In this document: positions 24,217 through 36,200 of the stretch, piece after piece
How positions within the stretch are numbered: position 1 is the first letter of the stretch
Layout of the letters: the number at the start of each line of letters is the position of its first letter
Assembly: GCA_002633005.1 (NCBI GenBank)
Contig: NMRA01000017.1
Location: forward strand, 570,886 to 634,885
From: Phoronis australis
Lineage: Eukaryota; Animalia; Phoronida
DNA length: 64,000 nt
Direction: 5' to 3'
Translations under genes and position numbers: made by a program
Notes under the pieces: generated by a model
Seen by the model: the letters and a program-made list of their open reading frames with translations, nothing else
Databases searched by the model: none
Told to the model about the DNA's origin: nothing

Positions 24217-27200
24217 GTACGTTGTATTGGTTAATGCGATTGTCAGGAAAGTAGTACGTACAATCAAAATACTTCAGTTTGGGTCATCCAGGACAAATTT
24301 TGCTTTTTCTTGTTCAGAAACGTTGAACATTGGGTAGTTGGAGATCATGGATGAATCACGAACGTGTAAGGCATTTATCCAACTTTTTGATGTACATGTT
24401 AGTCATTGCAAAGTGTTTTTTTATTTTGCAATGACACTTAGTAAAAAATGTAAAGTGTCCTGACTGAAACTATAGAATAAATGTCCATGTTGTGTTGTTT
24501 AGAATGACAAAATTCAGCAGTTGAGGAGTCATATCCATCAGAGCCGGTAGAAGTTAGAAATGAAAGCAATTCAAGCATTTCTTGAATTCACCTAGTATTC
24601 TGCTTGTTTTTTTACAAAAATTCCGCATTTTGATATTCTAACTAGCCAGTACACATGCAAAGCAAGGAGTAAGAAGGCAAGTAACCCACTGGAACTGAAA
24701 TTGCTAATCCTCAATACCTTCAGGAGATGAAAGAAAGATCTTACAAACTCCATGCTTAATGCTTCATTTGAGTTTGAAGGGCACATCATGCCTTACTTGA
24801 CTGTCAAAAACACAGAAAATTACCAGGCGCGACGTCAGAACGAATAGACTTGTGGTTCACTGGGCCAGGGTATTGTCACTGATTTTTAATGTGGAAATTA
24901 TTGAATGGATTTTATATTAATCTATTCAAATCATTTAATATTGCCTATTTTTGTTTTCAGCACAAGCAAATACAGATGAGGCATAAGATAAAGGAGGTGC
25001 CGATATTGAATAAGTACATAAAGCACATTGAAGGTGAGTTGTTTATAGGCTGTTCAGTGCAGATGTCTATATTGAATAAGTACATACGGTAAAGCACATT
25101 GAAGGTGAGTTGTTTATAGGCTGTTCAGTGCAGATGTCTATATTGAATAAGTACATACGGTAAAGCACATTGAAGGTGAGTTGTTTATAGGCTGTTTAGT
25201 GCAGATGTCTATATTGAATAAGTACATAAAGCACATTGAAGGTGAGTTGTTTATAGGCTGTTCAGTGCAGATGTCTATATTGAATAAGTACATAAAGCAC
25301 ATTGAAGGTGAGTTGTTTACAGGCTTTTCAGTGCAGATGTTTATATTGAATAAGTACATAAAGCACATTGAAGGTGAGTTGTTTACAGGCTGTTCAGTGC
25401 AGATGTCTATATTGAATAAGTACATAAAGCACATTGAAGGTGAGTTGTTTATAGGCTGTTCAGTGCAGATGTCTATATTGAATAAGTACATAAAGCACAT
25501 TGAAGTTGAGTTGTTTATGGGCTGTTCAGTGCAGGTGTCTATATTGAATAAGTACATACGGTAAAGCACATTGAAGGTGAATTGTTTGGACTCAGTGCAT
25601 ATGTGTACATCAAGTAATATATAAAACACATTGAAGTTGAGTGTTTCATAAACTGTTCAGTGCGAATGTCTACATAGAACAGGTAATATAATTATAAAAC
25701 ACACTGAAAATGGGTGTTTTTAAACTGTTCAGTGCAGATATCGGATTGAACATATATATAAAACACATTGTGAGTGTTTTGTAGACTGTTCAGTGCAGAT
25801 AGTGGCCAGTTAGCCGAGCATGAGTGCTGACCCTGACATTAGTCCAGTAAATGTTTCTCACTTCAGGTTTTTTATCATTTTGGTGGCACCGTTCTTTGTA
25901 TTTTATATACCATTGCACAGGTTTCTTTGGCACTTCGGTGACATCGTTCTTTGTCTTCCTTCGCTGGGTGATGGTGCTCAACTTTTGGCTCTCCTTCCTA
26001 TGGATCATATTTGTCATGTTGCCCATGATCATTACGTACAACTACAGAAAGTCAACCAAGGTGTTCCACATTCGTAACCTCGTCGACGGCCAGGTAAGAT
26101 GGCTGCCATGCACTCCCTTGAGGCAGAGCCATGTAGAGTACATTGCAGGTCATGTTGCTGCCAGTCCCATCTGCTCATGACAAGCCACTGCTGCCCCCTG
26201 TTGGGTGCATTCTTTGGCCGGCTGGTTAGACAGGTGTCATGCATCTAACTGATGTTTTTTATTGTGGAATGTAACTTAGTTTTTGAATGCCTTTTTGGTC
26301 AAATTGGCCTCTTGCTATAAATAAATTTTGACCGTTTTAGCCGAAGTCTATTAAAATAAAGTTCGTGAATGTAGCAATTATAGTCAACATTAGAAACTCA
26401 CCATTTCACGATACTACTGTACTTTAATTTGTACAAAAACTGCTGTCATTATCAATTCTTGTTTTCATGGCACTGATAATTTATCATTTTCACATTGAAA
26501 CGTTTAGATCTTCAAGCCTTAACCAATTTTTATGCACCCACATATTTATATGTGGACGCATTATGCCGTCATCTCCTTCCGTCCGTCTGTCTGGGCGGCG
26601 TCCGTCCAGCGTCCGCTGCTTTATCTCCAAAACCCTTTTACATACGTTCATGAAATTTGGCACATATGTTCCATTCATGAATGGGACGGCATGTGCGAAC
26701 TTTCGGACGGATGCGACTACCGGTGTGCCCCCTAGTGGCAATTTTAGTTTTTACGCTTACCTTTGTTTGTATCTTCAAAAGTCCTGAACGGATTTTCATG
26801 AAATTTGGTATGTAGGCACCTATTAGTGAGATGACGCTATCCTCCCGTTTTCAGATGGATTCGACATAGTTTGCGCCACCTAGTGGCCATTTTTAGTGTT
26901 TTCGAGTCTGTTTTTGTGCGTCCACCCCTCTATCAACCAAACCGCTCAAAGGANNNNNNNNNNNNNNNNNNNNNNNNNNNNNNNNNNNNNNNNNNNNNNN
27001 NNNNNNNNNNNNNNNNNNNNNNNNNNNNNNNNNNNNNNNNNNNNNNNNNNNNNNNNNNNNNNNNNNNNNNNNNNNNNNNNNNNNNNNNNNNNNNNNNNNN
27101 NNNNNNNNNNNNNNNNNNNNNNNNNNNNNNNNTTACTGTTTTTGAGTCTGTTTTTTGGCGTCCACCCCTCTGTCAACCAAACCGCTATAAGTATGATTGT

Positions 27201-30200
27201 GAAAATTGGCATGTATGTTCTTACTATGAAGAGGACGGTTGACGCTGAATTTCCCATGACTTTGATTACTGTGGCGCCTCCTAGTGGCAGTTTTTTTCGC
27301 GCCCATGGCTGTATCTCCCAAACAGTTTGCAGGATCTTTACTAAATTTAACAAGTGTATTCATGTGATATTGTCAACGGACGATGACTCTGACTACCGGT
27401 ATGCCTCTAGTGGCAATTTTAGTATAATTTTACATTGACCTCTGTATTTTCATAGGTCTTCAGGTGTATACTTTGTGTTACTTCGTGAATATGAAGGAAA
27501 AGTTCCTAGTAAAAATTTGTTTCTGGCATTCTAATGCTGTGCTAATCTCGTATGTCGGTAAATTTGTTTTTAACTCTATGTTTCTGTGGTGCTTTATGCT
27601 ACTGATGTATAGGATTTGCTTGTATTATGAAGATCACTCACATTTTGCCCCTAGCCTATTGAGGAGACAATGACCAAACCTTTCCATTTTGCAAAGTACA
27701 ACATACTACATATATGCCCTCTGCTGGCCACTTAATGGTACCAATAAACAACCCTAGAAGGATACCGTATATGGTGCAATTGTGGGCGCATTTCAACGCT
27801 CTGCGTTGCTCTTGTATTGAGTTTGCCCAATCACCTAATAATATTGTTGCTGTTCTTTTTTGTGGTTATGTTGTGTTTCATGCTTAAATTCGTTATTGTT
27901 TCAGTTTTAATCGAGTTTGGACAACACTGTTCCCCGACGCAGGTCACTTTGGAGGACCCTATCACTTCGTAGGAATTACTATATCCACAATTTCTAGGTA
28001 CCTCGCGCACACCGCAGTTTTGAATAAAGTAACGTCCAAGTGGTCTTGGTGAAAACCTAGAAGGAAATAAACCAAGAATATACAAAGCCTTGGATTTTTA
28101 AAATTAGACAAAAATTTTTGTGCTCTGAAATTTCATGGATTTTTTAAAAGGGATTTGAACTGTAATTCATGACCTTTTCGTTCAATGGTAACAGATCAGT
28201 GAGGAGAGAAGTGATGCTATGGTGGCAGTAGAGGACATGATTAGTGCTATATGTCCTATGGTGGCAGTAGAGGACATGATTAGTGCTATATGTCCTATGG
28301 TGGCAGTAGAGGACATGATTAGTGCTATATGTCCTATGGTGGCAGTAGAGGACATGATTAGTGCTATATGTCCTACATTTGCCACCGTTATTCTCTAAAT
28401 GTTGAGAGAACAGACTCTTCAGGAATTATAGTTGAATGAAAAATTTGGTTAGCCCATTGAAATCACTGGTCCTGGTGTAGAAAATTTCGAGATGACTGGG
28501 ACGTGAACCCGGGTTGCACGAGCGACAGTCAAGCATCTAAACCATTCGGTCAAGAGGTAATTGCCACTTGGCAAGCGGCATAGAGAGGCTTTATCTGACT
28601 GTACGTGTCGTGACAACCGGAAGTCATGCTTCACAACACTGGTATCACAGTTATGCAGAAATGTTTTTCATGCACCTACTCATACTATGTAGTATTTATA
28701 TGCGCTACACTGATACACTGGAACTGCAGTGAGACGCGGTCTCGAAGCTAGTTTACAACATAACAGTGAAACAACATATTTTATGGTAATAAGTAATCAT
28801 ACAATGCATACTAACGTGTAGAGAGAATACACAATAAGTTGCTCTGTAAAGATTGGTGACAATATGCCATAGGTGCGGGCTGAGACTAGATCCACCCTAC
28901 TCATACTGTTTTGTATTTTTTTACCTTTTGTTGAACAGACGTAGCATCACTGCTTCACCATGGAATAGATCTACTGGACATCATTTGATTATTAAAGCGA
29001 TTATCCAGATACAGTTGATGACTTATAACCATGCAATTTGCTGGATATTTCCGCATGTCAAACTCTATCATTTTTCATTTTATTCAGTGAGATTATTAGG
29101 TCTAGTCAAAACAGCTAACGAAAACAATTTTGCACGCCTATTAGTAGCTGCTATGCAAGAGGTTCGTCTTGAACGCAAAACAGACATGTCAAGTTTTTTT
29201 GGTTAATTGTAATCATGTTCTCTGCAACATGTTATTAAGGTTGTTTAGTTCTCAATAGTCAAACACACTTTGACAATCGCGTCATCGCAGTTAATAATGT
29301 GGGGCAAATCCGGAGCTGAACCGTAAAAACTTGTTTATGTCTCAACTTACGTGACACGAATGACCTTCAAAATCTCGTCTCAAACCTTTTGCACAAACAG
29401 GTGGCCAGGATACACACACAATTATTCGAAAGCCTCTGACATTATTCAGAGTGGCAACACTTGCCACAACTATACATGTACCAGTACAGTATGTTAGTCT
29501 ACAAACCAGCCAATAGATGGCCTACCGTTGCACTACTGCAATGTCTTTGCAGGATGCTGTTGAAGACTCGTGGTTGTTCTTTGGTGGTTACTCTAACGAC
29601 CTGAAAGGTTATCACATGGATGTTGCTTATATCACCATTATACTCATCACCTACTTTGGATCTCTCTTCCTCATATTCAGAAGGTAAAGGCACCTCGTCT
29701 ATTGGATGCTGCATACACAGTTCAAGACCAGTTGTTCAAATGCTGCCAACCTGTCGAAAGTTTACTTGGTTATTGTGTGTGTGCGTGTGTGTGTAGCTGT
29801 CTATATGACCATTAGCTTTCCCTTCTTCTATTGTCTCCTTATATTCAGGATGTAGTAGATATAAGGCTGTATGTGACCATTGTCTTCACTGCCTTCTTGT
29901 GCTTAGTTATATTCCAAATGTATACACAAGGCTGTTTGAGAGCATGAATCAAGAATCTTCATTGAGCTAAATTTAGGTTACCCAGATTTTGCCAAAATGT
30001 AATATCTTGTCTAGTTTTTATATAGTTTTGCTATTGTCACCTAAAACCATGATTATTTTTGCCTTGGAATACTTGATGTTTTTGAATATGGTCTAAAGGT
30101 GAATAGTTTTTGTGAATGAAAGAATTTAATTCTTCTTTATTTCCCTTATTATTTTTATTATTATTATTATAATGATCATTATTATTATTATTATTTGTTT

Positions 30201-33200
30201 ATTGTGTTTTGTATTTCAGCATAGCTTCGGCCATACAGTTTGAAGGTGACCTCAAGCAAAGTTTTAGGTTCAGTTTGATGGTGTTTACCTATTGGGACTA
30301 TTCGCTGACTCATCCAAAAGGTGTTGCTGATCTCAGCATGGGAATCGCCATGGCAATGAGGGTCTGTTGAACTACGGAACTAACATGTTATTATTCACCC
30401 GTCTTTGTTTATGTGGTGTCATGTTGTCGCCATCTTCTCTGCGTGTGCGTTCGTCTGCTCAATAGTCAATAACCCCTAGTAGGATCTTAATGAAATTTGA
30501 CACATTTGGACAACACTGGGGCAGTGCCTTGCACTTTTCAATGTGCCGTGATCCCTAGGACCTGAGGAGCATTTTGGTTTGGACAAGGGACTTTTTCAGT
30601 TCTCTTGAGGGAGAAGAGCAGTTCTATCTGAATAAGAGCCGATTGATGGATTTTGGTGAAAGTTGACGTAGATGTTCTGGCAGTAATACGCTCACTAGAC
30701 ACTTGTCGATTTTTGGCCTGATTCAACTTATGTTGTACCTCCTAGTTGCCATTTTTTCTTGTTGTCTTGTTGTCTAGTCAGCTAGATATTTCAAAAACTC
30801 GGGAAGTCAGTATTAAATGAGTGAATAACATTTCCGGGTAATATCTAGAGAAACAATTGATAGATTTCAATGGAAGTTGTAACAGTGATATTTACAGTGT
30901 AATAGCAATCTGCCGTTTCTGGTCCATTTTCAGTTGAATTTGACTACTGCAGTGGTTTCAACATGGCATCTACCCATTTGAGCAGACTTCCATACCACCA
31001 ATGTCCCTTTGTGTCTCCCAAATTTCATTTATCTGTGTGTAAAACGTAGGATCTGTCAGTTTTTTGGTTGCCTGGTCATGTGTCATTCTTCTTTGTTGAA
31101 AATGCAGAAAACTGTTCATTGCTTTATAGACTTTTTTATTTGCTGTTAGTTTAAATGATGAGGTGCCAACACTTTTTTGTCAAGTCTTACTATTGCAGCT
31201 CCCTCTTGTGGTCCAATTGTTGTCTCCTTGTACCATACATTAAACTGATAAGCTCTCCTAGAAGCACAGTGTTTTTGATGCACTGTGAGTGCATATCAAT
31301 GCTTTGTGTTGCTCTTGTTTAAATTACATATAGATGTTAGAATTGTTCAAAAGTTGCCTGAGGTAGCAAAGTTTTGTATGTGAGAGCGTACTGCAGTTTG
31401 GGCATTTCATCTGTAAAATTTTTGTTGATCATTGCTTTGTTTTTGCTTGCTAGGATGGTATGTCGGAGATGCAGATTCAAGAAAAGTACAAGAGTCGTAC
31501 GCGTGAGGAAATGTATCGGCAGTATGGAGTACGAGCGCTGGCCTGGGTCATTACGCTGTAATTGTAGCTTAAAGTTTATTTCAACTGTAAAATAATTTAG
31601 AATAGAAATATTACCAGTGTTTGATGTGAGGGATTCCGCTGCTGTAACAGTCGGCCATCCGTGTTAAACGGTCAACCATCCCTGTCAAATTGTCAGTAAT
31701 CCATGTCACATGGTCGCCATCCCTGTCACATGGTTGGCTATCCCTGTCAAACAGTCAACCAACCTTGTTAAACGGTCGGCCATCCCTGTCAAATGGTAGG
31801 CCATCCGTGGCAAGCGGTCGGCCTACCCTGTCGTACGGTCGGCGATCCCTATCAAATAGTGCCAACTCTGTTAAACGGCCGGCTTTCCATGCCAAATGAC
31901 CAGCTATCCCTGTCAAACAGTCAGCCAGCCCTGTCAAACGGTCATCCATCCTGTCAATCTGTCACCCATCCATGTCAAACGGTCAACCAATCCTGTCAAC
32001 ATTGAGGGCCTTTAGGCACATTTCTTGTGTCGATGCTATAAGTGATCTTTTTGGAGTTGGAATCATTTTCTGTCTTTTGAGATAAAGATGTTACTACAAG
32101 TACTTTGTCCTAAACTGGAAACTAGCTTAAGCTTTTCATTAGATTTGGTGTTTGACCAACATCGAAAATTTTCCTAGTGATGACGGAATCGGCGAACTTA
32201 TCGCATTTAGCTCAGTCTGTGATTTTAACATAGAAGTTTTAAGTATCAGTAATTTTTAAAACGAGTCGAGCAGATACTGGATAAAAATAATTGATGAATT
32301 ATTGTTGTTGAATGATAAGTATTTGAATAAAATATTCAACAATTTTTAACGGGACAAGTGCTATTGTTGAGAGTGACGTCTGCCGATATTTTCACGAACA
32401 CCGATTAAGTAAAGCGTTTCCATGGTAGCGATGCATTGCCACTTTACTGTTAGATGTACCTGTCTATTGCGAAGTGAAATTTGCTTTTAACTGTCAATTC
32501 AAGAACAAATTTTAAGTGTTCCCTCTGTCTGACACTCTCCCAAACACCGAATGTTCGACAATAGTGTCCATAAGTTTGACAACTCATGCCTAACAATTCT
32601 CATTCTGTTCTGACTCTTCTGTTACTCTAGTATTCTTGCTGCTGGTGGTATGGGTATCATAGTGTATGTGGTGCTTCTTTATGACGTGGAGTCGCAGGCT
32701 CAGAAGGATTTGGTAGGTGCAGTCCGATTTTTAGTAATAGGCTGTACATTTCTGTTAACAGCTGCATGACCTAACACGGTAAAAATTTTCCAGTTTGTGG
32801 CAAGGTTTGAGCTTTACCCAAATTGTAGAAATGGACGATATTAGCCATCCCAAATTTGCGAATCAGCAGAAAGACGACAAAATTGCCCACTATGCAGGCT
32901 GAAAATGCATTTCCCGAAATTGAAGAAATATGGCGAATGCCAAAATTGCCCTTGTCCCAAATTTCAGAATCAAGAAAATGCATTTTTAGAGACTGTCCCA
33001 AATTAGAGAATTTTACTGTTTTATTATTTGTAAAGTTATATTGTGTGCTGCCTACCAGCGGGTCAAAAATGGACAAATTTAAGGTAAGATGAAATCAGTC
33101 ATCCCATATATGGTCGTGGTTTCTCTACGCAAACAGTTTGTGCTCTAATGTAAGAACTAATTTTGTGTTGTAATTAATAGACAAAACTGGCCATATGAAA

Positions 33201-36200
33201 TGTTAAACATGAAAGTTAGAAAAATGACCATATGTTTCAAATTACTGTGTTTGTAGGGTCAAGCTAATAGCCTGTTGGTGACTTACAGTGTGCCATTCAC
33301 GTTCAGTATAATCAACTCTGTGGTGCCATCTTGTATCAGAGCTGTAAGTAGTAAGCAGTTTGAAATCCAATACTTGTGAAATTTATGAATTTCTCATCAT
33401 TTGATTGTTGATTTTTGTTGCATTTCATTTTTATAGCAATATCCTCCACTTTCATTATCGAAAATGACTTTTATTATGCTGTCATCCTTGTCTATCTTGT
33501 GTCCAGCGTCCACTGCTCTATCTCCAAATGTTCGTAAAATTTTGCACATATTGTCCTTTCATGAATGGGATGGCATGAGCGAGTTTTCGGACGGATCCGA
33601 TGAGTGGCCAGTTTAATTTATTTTTTAGTCTGTTTTTTTTGTCTGCTTCTGTATCAGCAAAACTGCGCAGAGGATCATTATGAACTTTGGCAGATGTGTT
33701 CTTACTGACAAGAGCATGACTGACGTGTGTTTTCAAACGGGTGCAAAGAGTGTGGTGCACTCGACATTTTTTTGTATCTACGGTTGTATTTCCTAAACCC
33801 CTTGCAGGATGTTTTGAAAATTTTGTATTCCGCTCAGTGTCTGAAGTCCTGTGTCTGCAAGTTGGAGTAGATTATTGCGGACGGTCACATTACAAGTATG
33901 CAGCAGTTGTGTTTTGTTTCAACTTGACATTTGATTTACAGCTGATGCAGTGTTAAGTCGTCTGCTGGCTGGAATGTGCCTGAGCATTCGGTTTTTTCAA
34001 CTGTTGCATTTTTCTCATTTAATTTTGAAAGTTAATTATAAATTAGCTTATGTCAACCACAACGGTATTTTTTGGTCAAAATAGACTCTCATTTGCCAAA
34101 GATATACCTACATATTATCCATAGTTCCATAGTGAAGAACAGCATTGCCTGTTGCCTGGCATACAGATGGTGTCATCACCCTGGGTCAAGTTACCAGTTG
34201 TGTATAAACTGGGCACTAGTATCCTAATTGACCTACCCTAACTTGTGAAGTGAGTTCAGAGCCTGAGCAAAATGGCAATTGTATTCCTATTAACTTGACA
34301 GCAGATGGACGGATTCATCTGTCACTGTGGTTCCTAATGGGAGTTTGTTTTTTACGTTGTCTTTGTATCTTTGGAGTTCTTTCAATTGATGGGTTTTCAT
34401 GAAATTTGGCAAATAGCTTCGAGAGACAACACCTTCCCATTTTTGGTTTGGGTTCAATATACATATTCTGTGCTATCTAATGGTCATTTTTTATGATACA
34501 GATAAACACCCCTATAGAAGCCACGCCGTTTGCGGTGCAGTCGTGGGTGCATTTCAGCGCTCTGCGTAGCTCTTGTCCCCCATTGTTACACGCACCCATC
34601 ACCTTCAAGGTTATTCCTTGTTGTCGTTGGCCCATTTTGCTATGTCATCATCTGTTTTCCTCTTGCAGTTGCCCAAGATGGAGAATTATCTGGAGGGAAG
34701 GCTGGAACTGAACATCACTGTTGCACGCACGTTCATGTTCAGGATGTTCACAATGGTCACACTGATCATCTCAGTGTTCATTCGGGTCAAAAATGTAAGT
34801 TGATGCTGTTTTGTAGGTATTCATTGTGTCTGATCTGGACTGCACTGTGTTTAAGTGACCCAACTCACCTCATATCAGAATGAAAAGAGACAAAAATTTA
34901 CTGATTATTACTTTTTCACAGCACTAAAATTCTGCCAAGCCAGGCATGTCATTAGCGTCATTGCCATGGTGACTGGTCTTCTATTTATTGAGATTTTTTG
35001 TCTTTTAACAGAATTTGAAACTCAGGAAGTCAGTTTTCAAGATATTGAATTGTAAGACAGGTACAAAACATGTTGTATCAGTGAACGACAGGTACAAAGT
35101 TAAAGCATGTTGTACCAGGGAACGACAGGTACAAAACATGTTGTACCAGTGAATGACAGGTACAAAACATGTTGTACCAGTGAATGACAGGTACAAAACA
35201 TGTTGTACCAGTGAATGACAGGTACAAAACATGTTGTACCAGTGAATGACAGGTACAAAACATGTTGTACCAGTGAACGACAGGTACAAAACATGAACCA
35301 GTGAACGACAGGTACAAAACATGTTGTATCAGTGAATGACAGGTACAAAACATGTTGTACCAGTGAACGACAGGTACAAAACATGAACCAGTGAACGACA
35401 GGTACAAAACATGTTGTATCAGTGAATGACAGGTGCAAAACATGTTGTATCAGTGAATGACAGGTACAAAACATGAACCAGTGAACGACAGGTACAAAAC
35501 ATGTTGTATCAGTGAATGACAGGTACAAAACATGTTGTATCAGTGAATGACAGGTGCAAAACATGAACCAGTGAACGACAGGTACAAAACATGTTGTATC
35601 AGTGAATGACAGGTACAAAACATGTTGTATCAGTGAATGACAGGTGCAAAACATGTATCAGTGAACTCCAGCATGAAGTGTCAGCCATCTTCTACTTTAT
35701 CCTTCATTAGTTAGTTTAGTTTGGCCACAAACGCACCTATTAATCACCAAAAACGACACATTCTCCACGGCTTCTGTGAGTTCAGTTTTTAAAACGGACA
35801 GTGCGCGTCAAGTGATGCAGAATACAAGGTGTGTGTAATTATGTGTACAACATACAGTTTTCAAATACACTATGTTAATTAAGTTAAGTCACAAAGTTCA
35901 AAACTCAAAAAACTTGGAAATTAGTTAGTCGGTGGTTAAGTATCTCTTTGAATTAATCAATGACTTGGTGGCCCGTGTTGGTTTCTTTCTGTAATGCTAA
36001 CAGTTTGTATTTAAGAACCTAAATGGCCGATTCCACTCCCAAAACACAAAGCAAAACAATGGTTTTCAAAACTGAGTGTCCCACAATCATGCACAATCAT
36101 GTAATTAGCGACTTGTGTGAATGGTATTTTCAAATTGTCAATAACTTATGTTATTGTTATTTGCTGCTCATGTCTTTAATGGTTTAATTTGCAAATATGC

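Noticed and set aside
23202-24545. Other candidate TMC N-terminal exons (23202, 24318, 24503)
   Set aside because: No combination of donor and phase joined them to the supported chain without a stop.
25138-25629. Repetitive 127-163 aa ORFs on both strands
   Set aside because: Products of the 66-bp minisatellite; only the first unit overlaps a real exon.
26871-27438. Long ORFs containing X runs
   Set aside because: Artefacts of reading through the N gap.
35005-35654. Cys/His-rich repetitive ORFs; possible CRISPR-like array
   Set aside because: Head-to-tail tandem units with no unique spacers and no cas genes, in a eukaryotic intron. The same applies to the arrays at 28217, 44610 and 50942.
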